A stretch of 64,000 nt of DNA. Source: Vitreimonas sp. (GTDB taxonomy: Bacteria; Patescibacteriota; Microgenomatia; UBA1400; PJMF01). The DNA lies in NCBI GenBank assembly GCA_035627515.1, contig DASPLQ010000012.1, positions 391,269 to 455,268 of the forward strand. The letters run 5' to 3'. The notes beneath the pieces were generated by a model that did no database searches, had not been told where the DNA came from, and saw only the letters and a list, made by a program, of their open reading frames with translations. The position numbers were made by a program, and so were the translations under genes. How positions within the stretch are numbered: the first letter of the stretch is position 1; each line of letters opens with the position of its first letter. This document shows, one piece after another, positions 20,915 through 30,648 of the stretch.

Positions 20915-22855
20915 TTACCGCGCTGTAGTACCAGTGACCCCATACTGTCGCAACACCTGCGAAGTACCTTGATCCACAGTGGTTAAGGCCTCATCCGGGG
21001 CTTTACCAGCGACGACAGCGTTAATAGCATCTTCATAGTATTTAATGATTTGATCATTAATACCATTATCGTGAGTGGCGGAATTGAGGTACCAGCTGTC
21101 AGCATTAGGAGCGTCTTTAAGGTAGGGTGACACCAACGGATCACTGGCTAGTTCACTGGCTAAATCTACGCGTGAGTACGGTTCGCCAAAGGCACGGACT
21201 TTACTCTGTTCACTGTACATTTTTTTCATCACATCTTTAGAACTCATGTATTCCAATAACTTCCAGGCCACGTCTTTGTTTTTACTTTTGTTATTAACGC
21301 CTTCAGCCCAGTAGCTTGCCCAAGACGTCTTGCTACTTCCCAACTTTGGCAATGACGTAATACCGAACTGTAATGAGGGATTGAGAGCTTTCACTTCATG
21401 GGCTCTCCAAGATGGGGCAAACATCATGGCCACTTCACCGCGAGCAAACGCCACCGTCGAAGCTGGTAACGTGCTATCCCACACCTTGTCTGTCTTAGCA
21501 AAGTTAGTATAAAAGGTGAGCGCATCACGTGCTTCACTGGAAGTGGGCTTGGTTAAATCAGCGCCATTTTGGAGCATTAATAAACCTAAAATATCGGAAA
21601 AGTGCTCCACATTACTAGTGGTACCAATGGCTAATCCGCCCCGCTCAATTTTACCCGCACTTGAACGAACGGTTAATTGCGATGCCAATGTCCGCAACTC
21701 AGCCCAAGTGGTAGGCGGTTGGACGCCAGCCGTTTTGAAAATTTCTTGATTGTAATACAAAGCTAAGCCGTCATACATCAAGGGAATACCCACAATTTGA
21801 CCATTTACCTGTAATTGTTTGGTAGTCACTGGGTAGAACGTTTGTTGGTACTCGGTGGCACTCATCACTGAACTAGGCATTGGCGCTAGTTCATTAGCCA
21901 ACATTGGTACCCAACTGGCGTGGTAGCGGAAAACATCTGGCCCATTGGTAGAAGCAATGCCATTTTGTAAGCGGTCTCGGAAGTCTTTGTGAGATTGTTT
22001 GACGTAATTAACTTTAACGCCGGGATTAGCAGCCTCAAAATCTTGGAACACAGTTGCCAAGACTTCATTGGGTTCCCACAGCCCCCAGTACGTGAGGGTG
22101 GTTTGTGTGGATGGAACGGATGTCCGGCCAGCTTGAGAAGTATTGGTGTTGGGAGCGACACTAGCAGCTGGTTGATTAGGAGTAGTTGGGGTAGAAGTAA
22201 TCGGCGTCGCAGATCCACCACCTAAAAAGCGCGACAATATAAAACCAATCACACCCACAATCACTAATGCTCCTAATACAAATGGCAAAAAGCGTAACGG
22301 GGTTTTCTTAATACTGGCAAATTGAGGCGCAGCTTTGCCAGCTGGCGTGCTTGCCGCAGCAGGTGTTCCGGCCGGAGGTGCAGGGGGAGCTCCACCTGGA
22401 GGAGTAACTCCGGGCGGGGTACCGGCTGGCGGTGCGGCGGGTGGCAAACCTGCCATACCTGGTGGTCGAGGTGGCATTTGCGGAATGGTTGATGGAGCTG
22501 TTCCAGGTTTCCCGGGAATAGGCGCAGTCAAAGGAGCCATCGGCGCGGCGGGCTTAGGAATGGGGTTACTACCTCCGGGAGAAGCTACTGAAGGAGTCGG
22601 TGCTGCAGACAAAGCCGGCGGCGTAGCAGGCGCACTGGGTTTAGGTAACCCTGGTGCTGCAGATACTACTGGAGATGTGGCTGCCACTGGCATGGATGGG
22701 GTGGCCGGCGGCGTGTTAGGCTTGGGCAAACCAGTGGGTGGTGTTGAAGAAGGCACAGGTTGAGCTACCACTGGGGTAGCAGGTGCCACAGGTGGAGCCT
22801 TATGCGGCACGGCAGTTGGTGGTGGAGTGGGAGTGGGCAGTGGCTGATTTGGCAT
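20915..22855 (-). CDS. extracellular solute-binding protein (ABC transporter SBP family 1-like). It has a ~180-aa Pro-rich N-terminal extension and a TM anchor.
   Basis: After the TM segment (LRFLPFVLGALVIVGVIGFIL), TLTYWGLWEP...NGPDVF...the SBP_bac_1-like region runs to the end. No permease or ATPase genes are adjacent. Confidence 0.6.
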   Translation of the reverse strand: MPNQPLPTPTPPPTAVPHKAPPVAPATPVVAQPVPSSTPPTGLPKPNTPPATPSMPVAATSPVVSAAPGLPKPSAPATPPALSAAPTPSVASPGGSNPIPKPAAPMAPLTAPIPGKPGTAPSTIPQMPPRPPGMAGLPPAAPPAGTPPGVTPPGGAPPAPPAGTPAAASTPAGKAAPQFASIKKTPLRFLPFVLGALVIVGVIGFILSRFLGGGSATPITSTPTTPNQPAASVAPNTNTSQAGRTSVPSTQTTLTYWGLWEPNEVLATVFQDFEAANPGVKVNYVKQSHKDFRDRLQNGIASTNGPDVFRYHASWVPMLANELAPMPSSVMSATEYQQTFYPVTTKQLQVNGQIVGIPLMYDGLALYYNQEIFKTAGVQPPTTWAELRTLASQLTVRSSAGKIERGGLAIGTTSNVEHFSDILGLLMLQNGADLTKPTSSEARDALTFYTNFAKTDKVWDSTLPASTVAFARGEVAMMFAPSWRAHEVKALNPSLQFGITSLPKLGSSKTSWASYWAEGVNNKSKNKDVAWKLLEYMSSKDVMKKMYSEQSKVRAFGEPYSRVDLASELASDPLVSPYLKDAPNADSWYLNSATHDNGINDQIIKYYEDAINAVVAGKAPDEALTTVDQGTSQVLRQYGVTGTTAR

Positions 22856-22964
22856 GAAAAAAGTGAACCCTACAATTATGAGCTACAATCACTAGGTTTG
22901 TCTAGAAATGAATCAGGTAAACCCCTCATGACTAAACACAATACTATATAGTACCATAGACCCC

Positions 22965-24782
22965 ATGTCGTTTTCTGCTCCAGACTCCGCCGTTTCCACC
23001 CCTCGTCACCGTCTAACTCTGGTAGCGCTTGCTTTTGTAGTCAGTGTCATGTTGCTGGGTGTTGCCTATGCAGCTTTCTTATGGTCATATCAAGACCGTT
23101 TTTATCCGGGCATTTATATTGACTCACTTTACGTAGAAGGCTTGAAGCCCGCTGAAACGCTCACTGCCCTCCAAACAGCCAGCTCTCCCCTCCCCTTGAG
23201 TGAAATCACACTCTACTCCGAGGAACATACTTTGGCCTCTTCGGCTGCGGAGTTGGCCCTTCATCGCGAGCATGATCAAGCTGTCACTCAAGCTTTTGCC
23301 CTGGGTCGGAGTGAAAATTGGCTTACCCGCCTTACTACTCCCTTTAAATTACTTCTCCAGCCACAGCGCTTCACTTCGCAGCTCGCCTTTGATGAAACAG
23401 CCGTCAAAAACTTTGTGGCGGAGTTTGCCACCCTGGCTGATGAACCTGGAGTAGAACCTAGTGCTACCCTCCGGGTCGCTGGGGCGCCTGCCAGCTTAAC
23501 TATTAACAAAGGTGAAACTGGCATGATCGTTAACCAACCCGCTACTGTCCAAACAGTGCTAGGGTCACTTCATACCCAAACTGCGAGCTTATCGGCTTTA
23601 TTAACTACCAATACTCGCGCTCTCACTGAAGAAGAACTGCCCGCTGCTCAAGAACGTGCCGCTCGGCTCGTTAATCAAAAAGTGACACTCAAAAATGCTG
23701 AAGGCAGTATTAAACTCTCAGATCAAGATCTGGTGAATTTATTAGCCTTTCCGGTGGGTATTTCCGAAACCAAACTCAATGCTTTATTTGAAGAGTGGCG
23801 CCAGCGGCTGGAGCGAGCTCCTCAGGATGCAGAGTTCAGCTACGATCCTCAAACATTGGTCGTCACTAGCTTTAAACCTCACAAACCTGGGTTGACGATC
23901 GATCGTGTCCAAACCCAGCAAACCCTCCTCGAGTTATTTGAAAAAATTGATCGCGAAGTAAGCGCAGCACAAGCCGAAAATAAAACTCACGAACCCACCA
24001 CGTATGAAGCTGAACTGGCTCTAGAAATCACCCAACCTGAAAAAACCTTGGCCGGCACTAATCAGCTGGGGATTGAAGAGCGGATTGGGTTTGGGGAAAG
24101 TGAGTATGCACACTCGATCCCTAGCCGGATTCATAACGTAGCTCATGCTGCCAAAAAAATTAACAATTTTATTATCAAACCCGGTGAGGAGTTTTCATTT
24201 AATCGCGCTTTAGGCGAAGTTTCGCGCGCCACGGGCTATCAACCAGCGTATGTGATTAAGAGTGGCCAAACTGTGCTGGGCGACGGCGGTGGCGTTTGCC
24301 AAGTGAGCACCACTCTTTTCCGCTCTGTCCTCAACGCCGGTCTCCCAGTCACTAAACGTAAGCCACACAGTTATCGCGTCAGTTACTACGAACTTGATAC
24401 TAAGCCCGGCATTGATGCCACTGTGTATGCTGGTGACGTGGATCTGCGTTTCAAAAATGATACCGGCCACCACGTTTTAATCCATGCTAATACGGATAGT
24501 GAACACCTCTACATGACGGTCGAGCTCTACGGCACTTCTGATGGCCGCAGCACCCAAATTGTAGATCACAAAACGTGGGACTACCGCTCTCCCCCAGCTG
24601 CGGTGTACATCCCCACTGATACCCTTCCGTCTGGCCGGCTTAAACAAATCGACTGGGCTGCTAGTGGCATCAAAGCCAGCTTCAAAAACATTGTCAAAGA
24701 TAAAGATGGCAACCTGATTCGCGAAGAAGAATACTATTCCAATTACGTGCCCTGGAGCGCTAAGTATTTGCGGGGAATATAA
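22965..24782 (+). CDS. VanW-family protein with an N-terminal TM anchor
   Basis: IKPGEEFSFNRALGEVSRATGYQPAYVIKSGQTVLGDGGGVCQVSTTLFRSVLNAGLP is a VanW-domain signature. There is an N-terminal TM (LTLVALAFVVSVMLLGVAYAAFLW). Confidence 0.75.
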   Translation: MSFSAPDSAVSTPRHRLTLVALAFVVSVMLLGVAYAAFLWSYQDRFYPGIYIDSLYVEGLKPAETLTALQTASSPLPLSEITLYSEEHTLASSAAELALHREHDQAVTQAFALGRSENWLTRLTTPFKLLLQPQRFTSQLAFDETAVKNFVAEFATLADEPGVEPSATLRVAGAPASLTINKGETGMIVNQPATVQTVLGSLHTQTASLSALLTTNTRALTEEELPAAQERAARLVNQKVTLKNAEGSIKLSDQDLVNLLAFPVGISETKLNALFEEWRQRLERAPQDAEFSYDPQTLVVTSFKPHKPGLTIDRVQTQQTLLELFEKIDREVSAAQAENKTHEPTTYEAELALEITQPEKTLAGTNQLGIEERIGFGESEYAHSIPSRIHNVAHAAKKINNFIIKPGEEFSFNRALGEVSRATGYQPAYVIKSGQTVLGDGGGVCQVSTTLFRSVLNAGLPVTKRKPHSYRVSYYELDTKPGIDATVYAGDVDLRFKNDTGHHVLIHANTDSEHLYMTVELYGTSDGRSTQIVDHKTWDYRSPPAAVYIPTDTLPSGRLKQIDWAASGIKASFKNIVKDKDGNLIREEEYYSNYVPWSAKYLRGI

Positions 24783-24788
24783 ACCCTA

Positions 24789-25445
24789 CTATTTAGATAA
24801 TTGTTGTAGCGTCAAAGCCACATAGAACAAACGTTTTATACGCTCAAAAGTTGTATCGCCAATTCCTCTTCCTAAATCTGGTCTGTGCCCCTGATGCCCT
24901 TGTCGCGCTAACTCCTTTAATTCTTCGATGCCTTCAACTTCAATAATTATTTTAACTATTTCTTCAGTCAAAAATTCCACCTCAGCTCCCTCGTAACTCA
25001 TAAACAATCTCGAAACTTTGTTAAATGTATCAATACCCCCATACAACTCTTTGGAAAGTGTTTCTAAAAATGATTGGGAAATTCGTTGAGAAAGATAAGT
25101 ATTTAACCGCTGCTGAACAACTTCAATGGGAAGCTCGAGACCCTCTTTCAATACCTCTTGATATTCAGTGTGGCTTAACTCTGCTGTAAAACTATGATTA
25201 TCCTCAGACTTCACTTTAGCGATACTTACTTTCTTTGCCATTTCTAAAAGTCCCTTGATTTCCAACAAGGCTATGACCTTGCTCTCATCCAAAGCCAGAC
25301 TTAAAGTCATCATCCTGTGATCATCAACGGTAGTTTCTTCAGCAACAATGCTCTCAAATAAAGTGCGTTCGGTTAATAAGCCTTCCATGATCTTGAAAAG
25401 CTCCATAGGGAACGTAAGTGTGTGGGTAATCTCTCGTGATGACAT
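24789..25445 (-). CDS. hypothetical protein (218 aa)
   Basis: ORF with no confident family. Confidence 0.45.
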   Translation of the reverse strand: MSSREITHTLTFPMELFKIMEGLLTERTLFESIVAEETTVDDHRMMTLSLALDESKVIALLEIKGLLEMAKKVSIAKVKSEDNHSFTAELSHTEYQEVLKEGLELPIEVVQQRLNTYLSQRISQSFLETLSKELYGGIDTFNKVSRLFMSYEGAEVEFLTEEIVKIIIEVEGIEELKELARQGHQGHRPDLGRGIGDTTFERIKRLFYVALTLQQLSK

Positions 25446-25497
25446 AGTGGGGAGATTCTAACATGAGAATCCTCATAAAAATTGGTTTTTGTGTGGC

Positions 25498-25526
25498 TTG
25501 TATGATTTTTGCCAATATTCATACAA
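25498..25526. repeat. palindromic motif P, copy 1
   Basis: TTGTATGA-tttttgccaatat-TCATACAA has 8-bp inverted arms and a 13-nt spacer. A second copy at 41988-42016 has identical arms and the spacer inverted. Confidence 0.6.
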
Positions 25527-25580
25527 ACAAAAAAAATGATGCAAAATTCTAACCCACCGCGGAGCAGGTTTTGTCAGCAC

Positions 25581-25611
25581 TGTGCCAATATTAACAAAAA
25601 TCGCACAATCG
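25581..25611. repeat. motif M, copy 1
   Basis: TGTGCCAATATTAACAAAAATCGCACAATCG. It matches 63686-63717 (reverse orientation) at 27/28 positions and shares its first 17 nt with 41867-41883. TGTGC and GCACA form imperfect inverted half-sites 17 nt apart. Confidence 0.6.
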
Positions 25612-25701
25612 AAAAGAAACGTTGGCAAACTCTCACACCTCTCCCCCTCGTTTAACAAAATCATAATTTGCATACTCAACAATTATGTATTATGATAAGT
25701 A

Positions 25702-26097
25702 TTGAATATGTCGAAATACACAATAGAAAACGTTTTAGAACATCTTAATTCTTTTGAAAAACAATCTGAGCGAAATTGGTATCACACTTTTTTGATGGAA
25801 TTATCATTCAAGATCGCTTATCTGCGGCCGTTAACAACCACCAAATCAGATGAGTATCTTGAGCGTGAGGAAGAGTTAAAGCAGGATCTGGTGAAACGAG
25901 TAGAGTATTTTTCAAGTAACACTAAAGCTTATGAGTTTGCTAAAAGCCTGGTGGAGTGTTTAGGAACAAATGACCCCGAGCTAAGAATATTCCAGGCTAC
26001 CATGACGAAATTAATTCCACAGTTTCGCACCACTCTGGGTTTGACACTTTTAACCCAAGCCGAGGCCGAAGCCAAAGCTGCTCAAATCAAAGCTTAA
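25702..26097 (+). CDS. hypothetical protein (131 aa)
   Basis: ORF with no family recognised. Confidence 0.45.
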   Translation: MNMSKYTIENVLEHLNSFEKQSERNWYHTFLMELSFKIAYLRPLTTTKSDEYLEREEELKQDLVKRVEYFSSNTKAYEFAKSLVECLGTNDPELRIFQATMTKLIPQFRTTLGLTLLTQAEAEAKAAQIKA

Positions 26098-26127
26098 AAA
26101 GCGGGCTGATTTGCCTAAAACACTTCC

Positions 26128-26904
26128 CTACGCCGCCTTGCGTCGAGAGCTAGCTTGAGCAGCCATGAACTCATTCATGCCTTCCACAGCTCGCAGGATT
26201 TCCAATGGCACCGCAAAGACTACGGTGTTCGATTGATCTGAGGAAATATCATTGATGGAGTTGAGTGTTCTGAGGTGTAACGCACCTGGTGTACGAGCCA
26301 TCATCTCAGCAGCCTTGGCCAAGTTTTCAGCCGAAGCAACTTCACCTTCAGAGGCAATAATCGTGGCTTTCTTTTCCCGCTCTGCCTCGGCTTGCTTAGC
26401 CATCGTCCGGACCATAGATTCGGGCAACTCGATGTCTTTCAGCTCCACACTCTGGACATCTACTCCCCAACTGGTGGTGGCTTCTTCCACGTGCCTGAGA
26501 ATGTCTTTGGCAATCTTTTCACGGTTGGAAAGCAACTCATCTAACGTCGCTTCACCGGCAATACGCCGCATCGTCGTTTGAGCCAGCTGTGAGACCGCCC
26601 AGAACACGTTTTCGACTTCATTGATGGCTTTAGCGGCATCAGTGACTTTATAGTAAATAACGGCGTTCATTTTGCACGAGACGTTGTCACGAGTAATGAC
26701 TTCTTGTTTAGGAACATCGACGGCCTTAGTACGGATGTCAACTTTGGTAAAACTTTGAAAAATAGGGATCACAAACCGCCAGCCGGCCCCCACCACACCA
26801 CTAAACCGACCCATGGTGTAAATGACTCCCCGCTCATACTCATTAACTTGACGTAAGATCATGGGTAATAACACGACGGCAACGATTAAAAGGAAAATCC
26901 ACAT
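26128..26904 (-). CDS. SPFH/band-7 (stomatin/prohibitin-like) membrane protein
   Basis: An N-terminal TM is followed by YERGVIYTMGRF...VDIRTKAVDVPKQEVITRDNV...IYYKVTDAAKA and a coiled AEAEREKKA tail. This is a typical SPFH domain. Confidence 0.75.
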   Translation of the reverse strand: MWIFLLIVAVVLLPMILRQVNEYERGVIYTMGRFSGVVGAGWRFVIPIFQSFTKVDIRTKAVDVPKQEVITRDNVSCKMNAVIYYKVTDAAKAINEVENVFWAVSQLAQTTMRRIAGEATLDELLSNREKIAKDILRHVEEATTSWGVDVQSVELKDIELPESMVRTMAKQAEAEREKKATIIASEGEVASAENLAKAAEMMARTPGALHLRTLNSINDISSDQSNTVVFAVPLEILRAVEGMNEFMAAQASSRRKAA

Positions 26905-27013
26905 AAGCTCCTTGAGATGAATTTGTGACTAATGGTGATTGTATCACTCGGCTAAAATAACACCAGTGACTTCTGGTCTAGAGAAAACCTTGGCCTAGCA
27001 GTATAATTTCGGC

Positions 27014-29260
27014 ATGGATTCTCGCTATAACCACCTCGACCACGAAGATACTATTTATCAACAATGGCAAACTGCTGAAGCCTTCAACCCTGATAAGAAC
27101 AGCCGCTCAGTTGCTAAACCTTCTTCCAAAACTGATCAAAAGACATCGTTTAGTATCATGATGCCCCCGCCCAATGCCAACGATCCGTTGCACATTGGCC
27201 ATGCCATCTTTACCACCATTGAAGACGTTTTAATTCGCTACCACCGCATGTTGGGTGACGACACCTTGTGGCTACCCGGTACCGATCACGCCGGCATTGA
27301 AACCCAGTTTGTGTTTGAAAAGAAACTCAAAAAAGAAGGCAAATCTCGCTTTCAATTCGATCGTAAGACGCTCTACCAAATGATTTGGGAGTACGTTCAA
27401 GAAAACTCGGATATCGCTGTCAACCAACTCAAAAAAATCGGTGCTAGCGCTGATTGGTCACGCTTTAAATTTATGCTGGATCCCAGTATCGTTGAAGTGG
27501 CGCTAGCTACGTTTAATAAACTCCACACAGCAGGTTTGGTCTATCGCAATCAACAATTAGTGAACTTTTGCACGAGTTGTGGCACGAGTTACTCAGAGCT
27601 AGAAGTTAATTATGTTGATAAGGTGGACCCACTTTATTATGTGAAGTATCCTCTCGTCGGCCAACCAGGCGAGTTCATCGTGGTAGCCACGGTCCGTCCA
27701 GAGCCGATTTTTGTAGACACTCACTTGGCAGTTCATCCCACTAACCCCAAAACCAAACACTTAATTGGCAAAAAAGTTTTGAATCCCCTTACCGATGTAG
27801 AAATGGAAATTATTGCCGACGAGTTTGTCGATCCGGAGTTTGGCACCGGTATTGTAAAGTTGACACCCGCTCATGATCCCCATGACTATGAAGTCGCTAA
27901 AAAACATGGCTTGCCTTTGGTGTCAGCCGTGGACTTCAGTGGTAAAATCACTGCCGCTGGAGGCAAGTATGCCGGGCTCAAGGTCGAAGCCGCCCGCCAA
28001 CAAGTGGTGGCTGATTTGGAAGCCAAAGGCTTACTTGAAAAAGTTGATAGTAAGTATAACCACCGGATTGGAACGTGTTATCGGTGTGGGCGGGTGATTG
28101 AACCACTGCTGCGTCCCCAATTTTTTATTAAAGTTAAAGAATTGACTCAGCCTGTCTTAACCGCTCTCGATAATGGTGACGTCACCATTCACGGCGCTGG
28201 CCACGACAAAATCCTTCGCCATTGGTTAGAAAACTTGCGTGACTGGAACATCAGTCGTCAAATTGTATGGGGAATTCGGATTCCAGTTTGGTATCCAGTA
28301 GCCGGCAATGAAGATAAGTTAGTTGTCAGTTTTATCGATAACAACAAAACCTTCCACCAAGGTCCTTTATCTGAGTGGCTACCAACCTTTTCGCTATCAG
28401 AAATTGAGAGTGGTCTCCAGCAACTACTCGCGCTAGAGTCTCTCCCCTACTCTGTTTCACAAGACAAACCTCAAGACGGTCAAGAGTACTTGCCGGAAAC
28501 TGACACTTTTGACACTTGGTTTAGCTCCGGCCAATGGCCCTTTGCTACCCTCCAAACCACCCAACCCGGCGACTTTGACCGCTTCTACCCTACTTCAGTG
28601 ATGGAAACCGGCTATGATATCTTGCCCTTTTGGGTGATGCGAATGTTAATGCTCGGCACATTTGCTACTGGCCAAGTTCCTTTCAAAAACGTCTATTTAC
28701 ATGGCCTTGTCCGCGACCAAAAAGGTCAAAAAATGAGCAAAAGCAAAGGCAACGTCATTAATCCGTTGGAAATTATCGAGAAGTATGGTGCCGATGCTCT
28801 GCGAATGGCATTGGTAATTCGCTCTAGTGCCGGACTTGATAAGTCTGTGGGCGAGCCTGATTTCAAAGCCATGCGCAATTTGACTAACAAGCTCTGGAAT
28901 GCTGCTCGTTTTATTCACCAAAATCCAGATAAAGTTGCTGCTGCTGACCCGAAGTCAGGAGATGCAGCATTCATGGAGAGATTAGAAACTGTCACCACCT
29001 CAGTCACTCAACAATTAAATGATTTCAAGATTGGTCTGGCCGCTGAGACGCTTTATAACGAATTTTGGCATTGGTTTTGTGATGAAGCTATCGAACAAGC
29101 CAAGGCCGGCGAGTTGTCATATCAGACCTTAAACACAGGTTTAATTCGCTTTCTAAAGCTCTTCCACCCCTTTATCCCGTTTGTCACCGAGACCATTTGG
29201 CAAGCCTTTGAAAATCCCACTTTGCTTATCTTGGAGAGTTGGCCTACTATAGATGAGTAA
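27014..29260 (+). CDS. valS: valine--tRNA ligase (compact form without a C-terminal coiled coil)
   Basis: Class Ia HIGH region PPPNANDPLHIGHA. Also DTWFSSGQWPF, FYPTSVMETGYDILPFWVMRM and KMSKSKGN. Length 748 aa. Confidence 0.7.
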   Translation: MDSRYNHLDHEDTIYQQWQTAEAFNPDKNSRSVAKPSSKTDQKTSFSIMMPPPNANDPLHIGHAIFTTIEDVLIRYHRMLGDDTLWLPGTDHAGIETQFVFEKKLKKEGKSRFQFDRKTLYQMIWEYVQENSDIAVNQLKKIGASADWSRFKFMLDPSIVEVALATFNKLHTAGLVYRNQQLVNFCTSCGTSYSELEVNYVDKVDPLYYVKYPLVGQPGEFIVVATVRPEPIFVDTHLAVHPTNPKTKHLIGKKVLNPLTDVEMEIIADEFVDPEFGTGIVKLTPAHDPHDYEVAKKHGLPLVSAVDFSGKITAAGGKYAGLKVEAARQQVVADLEAKGLLEKVDSKYNHRIGTCYRCGRVIEPLLRPQFFIKVKELTQPVLTALDNGDVTIHGAGHDKILRHWLENLRDWNISRQIVWGIRIPVWYPVAGNEDKLVVSFIDNNKTFHQGPLSEWLPTFSLSEIESGLQQLLALESLPYSVSQDKPQDGQEYLPETDTFDTWFSSGQWPFATLQTTQPGDFDRFYPTSVMETGYDILPFWVMRMLMLGTFATGQVPFKNVYLHGLVRDQKGQKMSKSKGNVINPLEIIEKYGADALRMALVIRSSAGLDKSVGEPDFKAMRNLTNKLWNAARFIHQNPDKVAAADPKSGDAAFMERLETVTTSVTQQLNDFKIGLAAETLYNEFWHWFCDEAIEQAKAGELSYQTLNTGLIRFLKLFHPFIPFVTETIWQAFENPTLLILESWPTIDE

Positions 29261-29736
29261 TGACTCGTCTATTGCTGTTACCTTTTTTCCTACTCAATTT
29301 AGTAACTCGCGTCAGTCTCGATCTCTTAGGCTGGTCCCTCCAGTTGTTTCCTTTTTATAGTCTGGTGGGCTCAGCTTTCTTTTTAGTAGTGATTGTCTTT
29401 TCTTGGTGGCAAATGGCAACCACACTCGTGGTTACCTCTCCCCCACCCTCGCTAGCGGCTGAGGTCAGTGCTGCCTTAAATACCGCTCAAGTCCCAACGC
29501 TGACCCTTGCTACCGACGCCGATTATGAGGGCGTTATTAAAGAAATTAAGATCTGGGAAGAATACGCTGCTCTCCAACCAACTCACCGGGACGTCTTGAT
29601 CAATTTAGCTTTGTTGCACTTTTACTTAAATAACCAAGCTGGTGCTCAATGGTTCTGGAAACAAGCCGCCCAGATTGATCCCAACGCACCCATTTTCACC
29701 TCTCCCCTCCCCGCCTTTCAACCTGAGACCAAGTAA
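29260..29736 (+). CDS. hypothetical membrane protein (158 aa)
   Basis: The ORF's start overlaps the valS stop. It has hydrophobic N-terminal segments. Confidence 0.45.
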   Translation: MTRLLLLPFFLLNLVTRVSLDLLGWSLQLFPFYSLVGSAFFLVVIVFSWWQMATTLVVTSPPPSLAAEVSAALNTAQVPTLTLATDADYEGVIKEIKIWEEYAALQPTHRDVLINLALLHFYLNNQAGAQWFWKQAAQIDPNAPIFTSPLPAFQPETK

Positions 29737-29776
29737 CAAAAAACCCGCCGGTGGTGATCACGCGGCGGGTTGTTAA
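29737..29776. terminator. bidirectional Rho-independent terminator between convergent genes
   Basis: AAAAAACCCGCCG-gtggtgatcacg-CGGCGGGTTGTTAATTT. A 7-bp GC stem has a T-rich tail on the plus strand and TTTTTTGTT on the minus strand. Confidence 0.65.
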
Positions 29777-29791
29777 TTTAAAAAAGAGTTT

Positions 29792-30463
29792 TTACTCGGC
29801 TTTTTCTTCAGTCTTTTCTTCAGTTCCTTCAGTAGCAGGAGCTGCAGCTTCACCCTCTGTGCCTTCGGCTACTGGAGCTTCTTCAACTGGCTCGGCTTGT
29901 TCTTTGAACTCTTGGAGCATCACCACTGGAGATTCTTCTGTTTCTTCACCTAATACCAGGGTAACTTTGGTTTTGTCATACTTCAAATCAGCATAGGTAA
30001 TGGTCTGGCCAATTGCCGTCAAAGTACTAGCATCGATCTCGAATTTTTCTGGTAAATCAGTGGGTAAGGCCTCGACTTCGATGACGTCGTGTAAGGTCAA
30101 GAGCACTGATTCGGGCACTTCACTTTGACCAATGACTTCGACTGGGATCTCAGCTTTAAGCTTTTCTTTTAAGTTCACTTGGCGGAAAACAACGTGAATG
30201 GGGTGATTTTTGACTACATCAACCTGCAGATCTTCCACTAAGACTGGACGAGCAGTTTTTTCACCTTCAATTGTCAAATAAATTAAACCGTTATCCCCTG
30301 CTTTTTCATACAGCTTTAAAAAAGCTGCTTGGGGTAAAGCTAACATAATTGAGTTTTCGCCAGGAACGGAAACGTTGGCGGGAATCAAGCGTTGAGCCCG
30401 GACCGTTTTGACGGCTTTACCAGCAATAGTTCTGAGTTGTGCAGAGAAAGTAAGTTTTTCCAT
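29792..30463 (-). CDS. rplY: 50S ribosomal protein L25 / general stress protein Ctc, with a Glu/Ala/Thr-rich C-terminal tail
   Basis: MEKLTFSAQLRTIAGKAVKTVRAQRLIPANV... is an L25/Ctc N-domain followed by the Ctc C-domain. The acidic tail is EAPVAEGTEGEAAAPATEGTEEKTEEKAE. Confidence 0.7.
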   Translation of the reverse strand: MEKLTFSAQLRTIAGKAVKTVRAQRLIPANVSVPGENSIMLALPQAAFLKLYEKAGDNGLIYLTIEGEKTARPVLVEDLQVDVVKNHPIHVVFRQVNLKEKLKAEIPVEVIGQSEVPESVLLTLHDVIEVEALPTDLPEKFEIDASTLTAIGQTITYADLKYDKTKVTLVLGEETEESPVVMLQEFKEQAEPVEEAPVAEGTEGEAAAPATEGTEEKTEEKAE

Positions 30464-30648
30464 AAGTGCTTAAATGATTAATAGCTAAGAGCCGGATTAT
30501 AGAGGTTTTTGCCTCAGGAAGCAAGTTTAGACCAAACTTCACGTGATATAGGATATAATCGCCAAAAAGTAGAATTTTATCTCTGGAAAGTAGATTCTTT
30601 TCGGTGTATCAAATATGTGTTCAAAATTTATTTCTGTATAAATCTAGA

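Noticed and set aside
22335-22763. 142-aa Gly-rich plus-strand ORF
   Set aside because: It is the antisense of the Pro-rich (CCN codon) N-terminal extension of the solute-binding protein gene, so GGN codons arise trivially.
25581-25611. Motif M as a sigma-54 promoter (TTGGCAC in its reverse complement)
   Set aside because: There is no TTGC -12 element at the correct 5-nt spacing in any copy.
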